Assembly (NCBI GenBank): GCA_010015585.1 | Contig: ML975170.1 | Source: Eremomyces bilateralis CBS 781.70 | Taxonomy: Eukaryota | Strand: one strand, 5' to 3' | Length of the DNA stretch: 64,000 nucleotides | Shown: piece after piece, positions 1 through 12,966 of the stretch | Numbering within the stretch: position 1 is the stretch's first letter | Layout: every line of letters starts with the position of its first letter | Translations under genes and position numbers: made by a program | Notes under the pieces: generated by a model | Seen by the model: the letters and a program-made list of their open reading frames with translations, nothing else | Databases searched by the model: none | What the model was told of the DNA's origin: nothing

Positions 1-1829
1 ACCTGTAAGACTCGCTCTACGTTACACGACTGACAGTATGTTTGTCAACCGCTCGCTCCACATCCCACGAATATGGGAAGGCCGTCTGCCGTGGAACTTA
101 CGATGGGAGAGTCCGATGCCCTGGCTCTTGAGCTTCGTATCGGTGTAGGCGAGCGTTAGCCATTGGAGAAGAACAAAGGTATTAAGCTGTGGAGTCACAC
201 TTCCAGCTGCTCCGTTAGGCAGCCGAGAAGTTCTCGATTAGCAATTTATGGGTAGCTACGCTCGGAGAAATCGATATGACGCTTTTCCTGAGTCCTCGTG
301 CCAGTGGACTAAAGCTAGATGGCCAAATACATGTCAAAATGACAGCATAAAGTGAATATCGCACATCATAGATATGATATTATTAAAAAGCTGGTGATAT
401 GTTTCATATCTCGAAAATTGATTTGGCAGTGCAGTCCCGCAGCGGACGGGATTTCATTAGGCTCCCCATGATAAACCCGGGCTTCCACCGTATCCACCTA
501 CCCGGGATGACATCGCTGGGAATGCCACTGGTCCCGTACCCATGGGCACCTTGACGATACTTTACCGTGGCTTAGTGGAAGAAGGAGGATTTGGGAAGCA
601 GGAAGAACATGTAGATGCCTCTCAGTCTGTGGTCTTATTGTCTCCTTCCTATGCTGATGGACGCCTCTCCGTCGACAACCTATCCCTGGAGTAGGTGTGA
701 ACACTGGCATTCACAGAGTAGAGAATCTCAAAGTGCCGTATAGAATCAAGGGCTTTGCCGCGTCAGATAAATCCACCGGACGGCTCTTGGATGCCGTTCC
801 GGGCTGGATGATTGCCCCGTATAATGAAATCAACATTAGTGTCCCTGTCATAGCATGGGTGATGCATTCATCTGCATACCAACTACATCACACCTTCCGA
901 TCTCGCGTGTCTGTGATTCCGGAATGTTGACAAACCTGTTTGCTGTGTCCACTAGAACGCCGTTGCTTCCGGTAATTGGTAATAAGGGGGAAAGCAATTG
1001 GAAGAAGTGGATTGATTGTTCTGGAAAAAGTTGCTATGCTTGGAAGGCGGGCGGGTAATGCAGGCTGCTGGTGAAAGGCAGCTAGATAACACAGGAAACC
1101 CTTGGTCGATAGGTTCCCGGGCCAGCTTTGGCACTGAACTGACTGGATTGTTATAGCCTTATAGCTCATGCACCCCCTTGCCCCTCCTTTGATATTCCCG
1201 CTGGTCCTTATCGATAAGGACCCGGATATATCATGGCACGAGACTTCGAGTCAGAAAGGAGCAGTAACAGATATAGTGGAACTACTGCTCGGATTTAGAA
1301 TAGCGATCAGATGCGTTCGGAATTCCCAGTGGGTATCCGCCAGTAGCCCACCAGGCCACCACAAGGATGTTCTCAACGTTTTGAAGCTTGCTGGGACTGA
1401 TAAAGAAAGGGCATCCATGCACCAGGGGCGAGAATTGATGGATGATACATGGCTGTACCTCTGAATGCAATGGTGTGCAATATTATTGACGTACAGTGAG
1501 AGATTTCAGCGAAAGGAGGAGAAGGGAGGTGGCCACACGTGACCTTGAGGATGGAAATATGGATGACTAAGCTACTGACCAGTTTGCCAGTTGTGGACTC
1601 GTGGTTGAGGCTTGAGCAAAACGCGGGGCTAGATGGTGATGAACAACTCTTCTGCAATCTGGTCAACAACATATTCCCATGGTCTCTTCTTATCCCTTAT
1701 TAATATCTCTGTTTAATGTTGACAATGATATCTGGGCGGATTGAGTATCTCCTTGTCCACCAGTCTCTTGTTATTGTTCCCTACAACTGTCCAACTATTC
1801 CCGCGCGGACATCTTTACGGTAGACAGCC

Positions 1830-3113
1830 ATGGAGGATTCTAGATGGGCGACACCGAAGGCCCCGAAGGAGGATGAAAAGACACCAGCTGCTATGGAGCC
1901 TGTTCCGGCAATTGTATGTGTCTTCCCAAAGCGTGGAAGACGTGGATATAGTGGTCATTGGTAACTGACCTGCATCAGGCCGCGGATTCATCAGTAACGC
2001 CCAGCGACTCCCAGTTCAACAACGGATTTGATCCAGAAGATGAATTCGCCCAGACGCGGGGACCCGATGACTTGTTCGACGACGATTTCACCCCCATGAC
2101 CGAACCGGTTATTGAAGCCCAGCCACAACCTCCACCTGAACCCTTACTACCGGAACCCGCCGAGCCTAGAAAACCCAAGGGCGCCCGAAGAGGAGGTGCA
2201 ACGGGAGTAAATGGCCAAGGCAAAGGGGAAAGCCCTGCGAGCGCGGGAACACCTGATGTGGCGAAGCAAATCGCGAATGCCACCAGAGCATCGGCAGTCA
2301 GGGGGGATCGTTCAGCGACAGGTGGCCCTAAGCGAGTATGGAACATATCCGCGCGTATTTACCAGTCCGGTGTACTAACCAGCCATTTAGGAAAAGCTTA
2401 CCGAAGAAGAACTGTCGGCAAAATTGCAAGCCATGCAGCTAAAAAACGAATCGCTGCTCGCCGCCCACGCTCGCGCCGAGGCGGACCTGGCATCATTCGA
2501 GGCGCGAGAAGCCGAGGCGGCCCGAAAACAAGTTGTCGACCGACAGAACCGACAGCAGATGATGGGGGAGCGGGAGCGAAACCGACAACGGAAACTCAAA
2601 GCGGTCGGAGGACGAGAATGGGATGCCGAGAAGAAAGAGGAAGACTTCGCCGAATCCCGTCGCGTGGCCCGAAGGGGAGCACACGGTGGTGTGGTGGGTG
2701 GGCATCCGGCCTCGGCGGCGCCGGAGGATGGCGGTGCCGAAGATGGATCAAGGTCTTATGCCTCGAGAGGTCGTGGCCAAGGGCGAGGGAGGGGGAGAGA
2801 GGGACGGGGTGGGCGAGGAGGCCGAGATGTTAGCCGCGGGGGGGAGAAATCTGTGAAGGAGAAACAGCAGGCGCCTCCAACCGCATCGGATTTCCCCGAT
2901 CTCCCTGCCACCTCGAAGGACACAGAACCTGAAGTGAACCCTCCGACGAAACTAGAGTTTCCCATAAAGCCAGCTAACGACGCGGAGAAGGTGGCAATCA
3001 TCGACAAATCAAAGGCAAACGCAACCAACGATACCGACATTCTCACAACCCTGTCGCCTGCGGGGGAGAAGAAATCCTGGGCTGATCAGGTGGAGGGAAC
3101 ATTATCGCCGTAA
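1830..3113 (+). CDS. Hypothetical low-complexity protein with coiled-coil and RGG-rich segment (3 exons)
   Basis: ATG at 1830. Introns 1914-1978 (GTATGT..CTGAC..CAG) and 2336-2390 (GTATGG..CTAAC..TAG) join ORFs 1958..2833 and 2424..3113 in frame. Contains an RGRGQGRGRGREGRGGRGG tract. Confidence 0.8.
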
Positions 3114-3431
3114 TGGGCCTCCGCTTTGCTGGACCGCAAAAGTTTTGGATTGCCGTCTTATGAGCAGTAGTAGCATTTGGAGTAGTCACGTTGGCATTTC
3201 GTTATAGTCCACGTTACCTAGTTAATGGCATTGATACCCCAACCAAACACTCGAAGATACGAAGCGCAAGCAGGTGGCTAACGTATCATGGTATTACGAA
3301 GCCTTTTAAACTAGATTCGAAACAACTTCATGGCTTAGTGACTAGGACGTGACTTTGGAGAAAGAAGACGGCTCGAGCAAAGCTAGCTTGCTGCGGTGCC
3401 AGGCTTGGGATTCAAGCCAACTATCTCCCAT

Positions 3432-5456
3432 CTATGAGGGACTAAAGTTCCGCCTCCAGACAATGCCAGCCGCAAGAGCGGCGCACATTACCGCACCAGC
3501 TGCAAGATAGTAATTTGTATATTCCACCGGCTCATCGTCCTTCTTTGGATACGCAGTGCCAGGGTACATAGCCGACTCAGCAAGCTAGAACGGAAGAATG
3601 TCAGTGAATTTTGGTCAGCCAGAGCTGCAGGACAGAGACTCACATTCACAAACACCTCTGCAATGCTCCCCCATTGCACACTAACATGGACAGGCCCTTG
3701 CTGCCAGCCTTGGGCAGCAACCCACTCCTCCGGCTGCCCCCCTTCACCTCTCTGCATCGCCTTATCCCTGTCTGCCTTCAGCGCAACGAAGACGGCCGGG
3801 ACCTCCTCCAGATGCTTATACTTCTCCAGCAACCCGGTGACATGTCCCCAGCTCTCGGGATCCGACCCATCGTAGCAGAAACAGAGCAGATCGCACGCCT
3901 CGAGCTTCGCCCGGTTCTCGAGGATCGCGGGCTCCAGCTCGCCTAGTTCGGAGAGGACCAGGTAGCACTGCTTGCCGCCGCGCAGCTCGACGCTGTTGAC
4001 AGCGGAGCGCGGCTTGATGGTGGGATGGTAGAGCGGAGAAAACGAGCGGCCGAGGAACGCGTCGAGAAGGGAGGATTTGCCAGAGCTTGGCGCACCGATG
4101 ACATAGCAGAGGAAGACGTTTCGTTCCACACGAGCCGGTGGACGAGCCCCAGCACGCCGGCGGCGAGACTTAGTCGTGCGGAGGGCGGAGAGGGTAGGGG
4201 TATTGGAAGTGGTGCTAGACGAGGAGGGTTCGAAGCCAAGGTAGGCAAGATATTCAAGAGTCGTGGTAGGCGACTCAAAGGTGGTCATGCTCCATTGCGC
4301 CAGCCACCCTTGCAAAGTAATGTACCCGTTCTCATTCCGCACCGTTTCCGACGGGAAGTCGGCTTCGGCCCATTGGCGTGGCAGGCCCGGTGTTGGCGCG
4401 AAGAGCGCGGAGAGCTCGGACGGGGACAGCCCGCCGTCGTTGTCTTTGTCGGCGCGGAGGAAGAGATCGACGAAGAAGCGGTAGCCTTCGGGGGAGAGCT
4501 CGGCGCTGGAGAACGGAGGGACGTCGAACTTGGGATGGATGAAGGAATCCCGGAGGGAGAGGCTATCGGTGTAGTTGAATTTCCGGAGAATGAGCCATAT
4601 TGTTTCATGGCGACCCTTCTCAGCGAAGATCTTGTTGAGCAGGATAAATCCTGCCTCTGAGACGCCTGGCTCAGACTCGGAATCCGGGAAGTATCGTCCA
4701 ATTGTTCTTCTAATGTCTGATACCTCCGAATCTGTGATATCTTTAGAGAATACTTTCTGTTGAAAAGCGTGGACTTCTGCATCGGACAAGTAGCCGTCTT
4801 GGTCCTTATCGCAAAGGAAAAAAACCCGCTTGAGCGCAGATACGGCAGTTGGCTTGAGGGCAGCCTCCTTTGTATCGTACAGCGGCGCAATAGGATGCGT
4901 TACAGCCTTCTGGCATAAGAAGAACACCTCGTTGATGTTATGATGCTCCTTGGCACTCGTCCGTATACAGGAATCGATCTCCTTGAATTCGTTCATCAGC
5001 GGCAACATCTCGTCCGACACCACCTGGGGTGTGCTGCCATTGCGTTGCAGGTCGGACTTGTTCGCGCACAGCACGACGGGGACATTGACGCCCAGCGACC
5101 GGAAGAAGGGCATCCAAAAGAGCGCCACCCGCTCATAGCTATAATGGTCAGAGTAGACGAGGAGGATGACATTGGCTTTTCGCAGCTCGCGCTTCAACGC
5201 GTTGCGCTCGTGTGGAAGCGCGGACGTGTCGACGATGGTTGTTGTGACATTCTCGGGAGTGCCAATCGTGGGAGGAAGAGTTACGGGTGGTAGAACAGGT
5301 TGGATCTTGTGCGTAACGAAAACATCCTTTACGAGGGAGGTGATGATGGAGCTTTTGCCTATGCCTTCATCGCCACAGACGCAGATACGAACTGAGGGAG
5401 TCGTTAGCTGGGTTGGTCTTGGTGCAGTGGAGTTGTTGGAATATACCTGTAGCCAT
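3432..5456 (-). CDS. GEM1: Mitochondrial Rho GTPase (Miro)
   Basis: [20 protein letters not shown] start, EF-hands ([16 protein letters not shown]), second GTPase domain (GAPSSGKSS), and a C-terminal TM anchor ([21 protein letters not shown]) after an intron at about 3585-3643. Confidence 0.97.
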
Positions 5457-5897
5457 CAGTAAGTTCCATAATCACCTAGAACACGTTCCTGTTCTAGTAT
5501 GATTCGCTGATTCCCGCATTTTCGGTGATATGTTTCCTGTGATATCATTGAAGTTGCGGAGCTCTCAAACTCCGCATTATTTTACAGCTCCGAGATTTGC
5601 CCGTGATATAATTCAGCTGGGACGAAACATATCCAGGGCATTGATAGCTTGAAATGATATCGCTATTCATAAGCCAACTTATTCAATCGTTTTTATTAAT
5701 ACAGGATCTAATCGTTCTATATTGACTGGGTACTCCTACAAACACCACTCAATGTATGAATATCTAATAACGGATTCAAACTCCGACAAATGCCGCTCAA
5801 CCCTAAATCCTCAAACTCCAACATACATGTACAATCCAAAGCAAATGAGAGCAGATCGACCTTCATAACTGCGCACCGGTCCGTGGACTTCTCACAG

Positions 5898-7638
5898 TCA
5901 AGCCCCCCGTGCCTTATTTCTCTCCCTACCGGTCACCACCACCGTCCCATCCTCCGCCCTGATCTTCCACCCCCCCGCAATTAACGCCCTGGCTACCGCC
6001 GGTCCCAGCACCCCCCTTTGACCTGCACTGTGATTTCCCTTGCCAACGACTATTGTAAATTCTGTCCTGGGCAGCTTTGATCGGTCGTGCCCCGTCACCG
6101 GCTCCGCATGCTTGACCGTCTCCCACCATGCCTCGACCCTGTTCACCGCGATGCGCGCCCCGTTCGTCCGATCGATTCCATGGAGGTCGAGATGTGTGGC
6201 GGACGATTGCAGGGCAGCTTGGGCATCTGCGGCGGAGCTTTGTGCGTCGCGGAGGTCGTCTCGAAGTCGTCGGGCCTCGGAGGAGTAGTGCGCGGTGACG
6301 CCGCCGTAGTGGGGGTTGGAGCGAGAGAGCTGATGGTAACGGTGGGCGGAGTCGACGACTTGGCGATGGAGGGTGGAGAGGTGGACAGTGGTGGGGCTCA
6401 TCTGGGAGGGGGAGTTGAGAGGGAGGGGTTGAGCAGTCGAAGGACTCTTCGTGGGGGAAGGTAATTCAAGTGGGACGTATTTCGGAATGATTGCACCAGG
6501 GACATCGGCAGTGATTGGGCCCGGTGGCTTGAGTAGCGCCGTTGCAAGATCGTGAGCCGCGGACAAAATCGGTGAGCTGGACGTAAGTCGAACAAGCGCA
6601 GCGCACGTCGAGTCGTCAAGATGGGGAAATTCATCCTTGAGGGATAACGTGCTAGCAAGTGTCGCTTCTTCGTCCGGAAGGTCATCGCCGTTGTCCTTAA
6701 TATCGGCGCGGATCATCTCGTGAAGGGTGGAGCGGACTGTCTGGTCGTATGTATGCCAGATGGACGACACTGCTTGCGTAGAGTAAGGCGTCCGCTCGGC
6801 AATGTACGCGATCTGATCCTGGCCCATTTTCCATCTATTCTCTGGCATCCCACTTTCAAAGGCATCGTATCGAGGCATCTCCTCCAGAGCAGACCTAGTC
6901 TGTCGATTCTTCTTTTTTGGCTTTTTGCTTCTTACGTTCCCGTTCTCTTCAGCAAACGCGTCTACGCCCCGGAATTTTGGCTGCTCTTCTCCCTCCTGCT
7001 CCCCGACCAGATACACGAGGTTTAAAAGGGCATCGGTGGTGCGGGAGAAGTTGCCGTTCGCTTTCTTCAACTGATACCGCAGGTCTCGTTCTTTGAGGTT
7101 GTGAAACATCTCACTCAACCGCCCCACTTTCGTATCCTCGTCCGCTCCCATCATCTCGTCAGACATCTCACAATCGCCCAATACCCCCGCATTCAGACCT
7201 GTCTCGGATGAGTTGCTACCGTCTCGGCCGCTATTGGAGGTGGAGCTAGTCGGCGCTGATAGCTCCCCCAAGCTTGGAGAGTCAATCTCGGCTGAAAGCG
7301 TCGTGTCTTCGGTACACGGGTCCGACGGCTGGTTGTTCGTAATCGAGCCACTCGTGCCGGACGGATCGAACTGCTGTGCGTCGTCGGCCATCGCATCGTT
7401 TCGGATGCACTCCAGCACGGCGCGCGCACTCTCGTATTCCGTAGGGTCGTTGAGGTCATTATAGTCGCTCAAAATGGCACGGATGAGCTCGGGACTGATA
7501 GGCGGAAAGAACTCGCGCTGCGAGATGACATGTTAGTGCTGCTGGGTCAAAATTATGGTTGGAATAACGCGATAGGGTCGTGTAAACGGTGTATATTACC
7601 TCGAAACGCGCAATGATTGTTTCTAGATCTTCACCCAT
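5898..7638 (-). CDS. Smr-domain protein with CUE-like helical segments (Cue2-like endonuclease family)
   Basis: C-terminal LDLHG...IVVGKGNHS Smr motifs in ORF 5898..7472. Short first exon from ATG 7638 with an intron at about 7519-7599. Confidence 0.85.
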
Positions 7639-8346
7639 TTTGTCTCGCAGTCGATCTAGGTAGTCGTGGCCTATTGGCGCAAGTATTGCTCGCTTCGTTC
7701 CCGATTAATAAGTGGGTGGTCATGATCTGTATTTGAATTTGAAGTGAATGTTAAAGGTATTTCTGAGTTCTGTGTGTTGGCTCGGCGCAGATGCCCTAAT
7801 CGATTGTCGGCGTTGAGACCAGGTGTTGCAGATGGGTTATTTGATTATTAGACCATTAGCTTCTTATCACCAGGACTAACTAAATTGGAGATAAATGAAC
7901 TGAACAAGATGAACACGATGAGATGAACGATGATGATGATGACGGTCAACATAGACCCTTAGTGCCTCAGGCCGCAATATTTGTTGATGATATATTAATG
8001 GAAGCAGTTGGGGCAGTGTTATGCGATTGCGATGGACCTCAATAGGAGCAAAGTGTTTTTTGGAGAATGATATCATGATATCACTTTAATGATCTGTCTA
8101 TGTTGCCTCAAGTGGAGAGACCGCGTATAAAACCAAACCAACGCCGGGCCGATGCAATAGTGCTGTTCCCGCCGGTCATGCCGAAACTCCAAGTCCGGGT
8201 ATCCGCATAAAAAAGGAAATATATACAAAGAAGGAATGCAGCTCTAAGCCATCGTAGACAGACAAGGATGCCAAACTTCGAACCGGCAAGAGACGTGACG
8301 CTGAAGATGGAAAGATTGGACGCTCCTGCGATTCCGTAACCCCTAA

Positions 8347-10593
8347 TCAACCATACAGGTCATCATCAACGCTACTAACTCCTCGTCGTTCATCCCCTGG
8401 ATCGGGCGGAGTCTGCAGTCTGTCAATGGCGTCATCGCTCTCTATCCCTCTCAACCTGCTCCGCAACCCTCTCCCGGCATCCGCACCTCCATCGGACCCA
8501 TTGCTCCTGGCACTACCGCGACTGTTCCGACTGGAAGCGCTGCCAGTCCTTCTCAAAGCCGGTGTAGCGGGCTGGCTTGAGCTTTGTCCTTGACCGGATG
8601 ACGGGAATGATCCCTCTCCCGCCATCCTCGTCCCTGCTGGCGGACTTGACGGTCGACTCATCGCGGTCTGGTATGAAGGGAGGGCGGGCCGATCAGGGCC
8701 CGAGGTCGCAGGAGGAGGGGCAGGTGTTCTCAGTGCCGTGTTGTAACTCGGAATCTTACTGAGCGCGTGCAAGTCGTAGGGGAGGTTCCTGGCCGATGAT
8801 GAGGATTCTGCGGGTTCGTTTGGCCCCGAAGAAAAGATGGTTGAGAGATTGGTGGTACGGCCCGGGAGATCCGCAACATAGCTGTTTCGAGAAGAAGGCA
8901 GACCGGGACGATAGGAGGAATGATCGCTGCTCGGCCTAGGAGAGGGGTCTTGGAAAGAGGCTTGTCGGCTGGGATAGAGGGAGGGATAGTACGAAGTTGC
9001 TGGTGTTGTGACCGTTGGGGCACCGGATGTGGCATGACTCGGTGGGTCTGAGACCGGGCGACTAACCTCGCTGGTCCTTGGGGTCACTGCGCCGCCCGTA
9101 TCACGACAAGCAGGAGAGTGGCCCGATTGTCTTGAACGGCTCGAAAACGGCAGCGCGTTGGCGGCGCGTTCCTGCAAGTTCGAAAGACGACACCGAAGCG
9201 CAGATGCCGATGCCGCTTGGTTGCTGGTATCTTGTGTAGGCAGCGCAGCTGCAGCGACACCTTGAATGAGATGTCTTGCACTATTGCCTGCCGCTCGGAC
9301 TCTCTGGCGCAAGTCCTCCTCGCTGGCTCTCCGACTTTGCGTATAAAAAACCGGTGTGTTGGCGCCCGTGTTCCCGGCTGTCCTGGCACCGTGGTCGGAA
9401 CCATCATCGTATAATTGGTCGAGATGGTGGAGGTTGTATATTGGCGGTGCTTCTTGCCGAACGGGCTCGTTGAGCGTCTGTCGTGACACTTCGGCTGTGG
9501 GCAGTTTGACAGCCAGGGTGTCTTCGTTGATTTGGAGCTGGGGGGAAAGAAAGAGGTTGATGATGGCACGAATCTTCAACTGGCTCACATGTTGGTCTCC
9601 ATTCAATATGTTGACGTAAATCCTCAAGGTGTGGTAGATCTTGATGTTCGCGGTGTCGCACATTTGTCTGCAGTCCTTGAAGCTCCGGGGCAGGTCCATC
9701 TTGGTATCGAAGATGTATGCCTCGTCCTGGAGCTCGGTCGAGTCGGGCGCCTGTCTTTGTGCGGAAATTTCCGGCACTGGATATGTCTGATGCTTGATGA
9801 TCGTAAACCAGTCTTTGTAATGTGTCCGTCCTGCTGGATTCCGCGCGGTGTCGTTGTAGGTGTTCACTGTGTTCTCCCGCAGCTCCATCTTGACATCCTT
9901 GATTACAACTCCTTTCTTGAGGGGCGTGAGTTCGAAATGGGCTGTGATCGAAGTGCCGAAAACATAGTTTACTCGTGGCACTGAGATTTTGTAACTCAGC
10001 TTATCGTTCCAGACCGACTGGTGGATTTGTTCGTGATCGAAGATGTCCGGATTCGGTCCCTCGATGCGCATGATGCGGATTTTTCTGGCCAGTGGCAAAT
10101 CAATACTGCCAAATGGTCGCTCGATGGTCGCATAGATCATCCAGTTCACCATGATGCGATGTCTCCAACCGTCCCTCTTCAACCCATTGACTGTATCGTG
10201 AGTATCCGGCGGTAAATCGAACTGAAATGCAAACTCTTTTAATCCAGAGCCGATTGTGTGCGAGCTGTTCTCACCCACTTCGCCCCTTGGGAGCAGGATG
10301 ATTTCTTTCTCATAGATTGTGTCATTCCTCCTGGTTATCACGCCAGGATCCCAACCCATCTCCCAATACAACTCAAGCGTCCCGACCAACTTGACCCTGA
10401 TGCGCTTTATGTCCATGGATCTGCGTTGGTCCAGATATATGCACCCCTTAAGAGCAACCGGTTGCGCTCCCTCGAGGGGTGTACCTTCAAAGACCACATA
10501 TGGCTGATCAAGTCGAATCTCGACATGCCTGTATGACCTGATATGGCTACCGGTCGCACTGGACTTGCGAAATAGGGAGGAGGACAGCAGCAT
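8347..10593 (-). CDS. creD: Alpha-arrestin / HECT ligase adaptor, CreD/Rod1-like
   Basis: Arrestin-N/C-like beta-rich region (VALKGCIYL.., FAFQFDLP, KLSYKISVP, IYHTLRIYVNI..HVSQL), PPxY-type motif APPIY and PSY motifs in a Ser/Pro-rich tail. Start taken at ATG 10593. Confidence 0.8.
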   Translation of the reverse strand: MLLSSSLFRKSSATGSHIRSYRHVEIRLDQPYVVFEGTPLEGAQPVALKGCIYLDQRRSMDIKRIRVKLVGTLELYWEMGWDPGVITRRNDTIYEKEIILLPRGEVGENSSHTIGSGLKEFAFQFDLPPDTHDTVNGLKRDGWRHRIMVNWMIYATIERPFGSIDLPLARKIRIMRIEGPNPDIFDHEQIHQSVWNDKLSYKISVPRVNYVFGTSITAHFELTPLKKGVVIKDVKMELRENTVNTYNDTARNPAGRTHYKDWFTIIKHQTYPVPEISAQRQAPDSTELQDEAYIFDTKMDLPRSFKDCRQMCDTANIKIYHTLRIYVNILNGDQHVSQLKIRAIINLFLSPQLQINEDTLAVKLPTAEVSRQTLNEPVRQEAPPIYNLHHLDQLYDDGSDHGARTAGNTGANTPVFYTQSRRASEEDLRQRVRAAGNSARHLIQGVAAAALPTQDTSNQAASASALRCRLSNLQERAANALPFSSRSRQSGHSPACRDTGGAVTPRTSEVSRPVSDPPSHATSGAPTVTTPATSYYPSLYPSRQASFQDPSPRPSSDHSSYRPGLPSSRNSYVADLPGRTTNLSTIFSSGPNEPAESSSSARNLPYDLHALSKIPSYNTALRTPAPPPATSGPDRPALPSYQTAMSRPSSPPAGTRMAGEGSFPSSGQGQSSSQPATPALRRTGSASSRNSRGSARSNGSDGGADAGRGLRSRLRGIESDDAIDRLQTPPDPGDERRGVSSVDDDLYG

Positions 10594-12966
10594 TATGAAT
10601 CGCTGTGTGCTACACGCACACCAGGGTTGACTTGGTGTTCGAGGCGTGAGGTTCACTCTCAATTGCGGAGAGCATGAGGAAGTTCGGTTTCAATGTGTTC
10701 CAGTTTCTAATATGAACGTGGAAGAGGGTATGTCCAGTCTTGCGCCTGGGTTCGCTCTTGGTCAAGGTAAATGCGACAGGAACGTTGCACAGGAAAGAGA
10801 GTGAGAAGTCGTATTTCGTGGGGTGGAGACGCTGAAGTGGGTGCGGTATGAACGACAGTATCTTAATACGATAGATGTAGAGCGAAATGGATTGTTGACC
10901 TCAACCTGGAGGAATCCTGGACTTCCTGACAATAAATCAATTTGGTGGAGTGACGCAACGGGAAAACGGCAACAGTGGACAGGCAAGGAACACCCAAGCA
11001 ACAAGGAAGGAATGCTTAGGCGTCTTAGTCTCTGGTATTTATGGTTTCCTTGTTTCTTTGCCTTCAGCCGCTTCAGGGTTTTTTTCTTCTCCAACAATCA
11101 AGCTTCCGTAATCCGTAAGTGCTGTGTAGGGGTTGTAGTCTGGAACTCTAGGCGTTGAATTACCACCGTAGTATTCCGCGATCTGCGTTCTGTGCCGTCA
11201 CAATGTTCAACGGAACTCTGGTCCACTTTCGCGGGTAGTTTGGAATCCACTGCACGGCCCGATTTTCGATTTCGATCCAAGGTCGGGGAGACGGAGCCTC
11301 GGATTCAGCCCTATGGTCGACTGGTCTGGTCCTTGAGTCCGTACCACATGTGAAAGACGGCGACTTGATCCGATCAGAATAGGGCGGCCAACGCTCCGTG
11401 TCGTCACTCGTCAAGAACAGGAGATTTTCGTTCCGCCTGGTCGTCCGGGGGTAGGTAATATTTCGGGATCGTTCCGGTTGGAAAATGGCACATGGAGGAC
11501 AATTGGACAAGCCGATAAGCAACTTTCGCTTTCACCCGAAGGTGGGTACTGTTGAGTATCCCGGACGCTAACTTGGTAACGCTCCACTTGTCGGTGAAAA
11601 ATATCCCGAGTTTCTAGAAGATCTGCCGCCTAGAACGTTGTATTTCTGGCCTCGGTCCAAGGGTAGATCATAGGACAAAGATATTAGCACTGCAGATCCG
11701 GTTGTTTACCTAGAAAAATAGGTGCTCGCAAGGGTCAAACAAGAGAGAAGAGAAAAGGGGGTGAAAGGAGGTCAACGCAGCAGGAGATCAGCGTCTTTTT
11801 AAATCAAACCACTTGAATGAAGGCAACCTGCAGGTGACGCGGCGAGCCGCGTGGGATAAATCACATTGGCGAGACCCTGACGGGAACCGCGGGATCTCGC
11901 GATAACTACTTAAGTCCTTGCTGATCGACAGGAATATCAGCTAAGTGCAATCCGCCATGATGTGATGGGCACACGTATGCCGTCTGATATGGTGAAGTGG
12001 TCTGTCGCTGGTAAGGATAAGTATTATTAGGATTTGGCTGACCCTGTGCTTATGATCCAGCTAAATGTGTCTCCTGATGTTGTCATTGGACCTGTTGGTC
12101 GACATCAAGCCAGCCTCATCGCGACAGCAGGGAATCCAACTCCAGAGGTGTGGCTGGCGGCGGATACACGGCTGTTTCGTCCAGCTGCATAAGTGGTTCC
12201 TCCGTCCCATCATCTTCAGTCCTCATGCAATATAGTCATGCACACACGAGGCTCGGGTATGGGGGAATTCAGAAATACCCGTACGGCCGTTGGCTTCTGG
12301 GAGTCGGAGTCGGGGAATTGTGGGTGCCGTGTCTTAACTGAAACCGAGACCGGGCGAGAATGGACAACCTGATTACTTATGTTGCTCCGTTTCGGCTCAG
12401 ATTCATTACCTTTTCAAGATATAATCCCCTTTACTCATTTGAGTTAGTAAGCCGAGAGGCTCTCCTTTTCCGTAGCTTGAATTTTGGAGGTCGTTGAAGG
12501 AGACAGCACCCCCACTCAACATCTTCCAAAGCTAAGTAATTAATTAGCTGTTACGTATCAAGCGGTTGACTATCGCAACACTGCATCCCGCTATCCAGAC
12601 TAAACGGAATACCCTCAGAGGCTAAGTGTTTCTGCCCTAACATAGAGAATTTATCGATTGGCCATGATTTCCTGGTCAGTTATCGCTGTTGCCCGCCATT
12701 TGATTCTTTTTCCCCAAAGCCATGGGTAGAAAGGTCTAATGAAACCCGAGGGGTGCATTATGGAATATTATGTGATATGGAAAGTGGGACATATAACATA
12801 GCTTAGAGGCTAGCAGTGAGATAACAGGTATGAAGACTATTTCTGTAGGCATGCTGACCAATACATACTATATGTACATATAAATATACTTTAGAAATCA
12901 TCTCGGCAGCTAAACTAAACCTATGTCTTAACTCAGACATAGAGACGGATTGCATGGTACTTCACT

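Noticed and set aside
1..1800. Several short ORFs at the window start
   Set aside because: No recognisable domain or consistent exon chain; possibly decayed sequence.
7905..7945. (GAT)n-like microsatellite
   Set aside because: Short and imperfect; no evidence of function.
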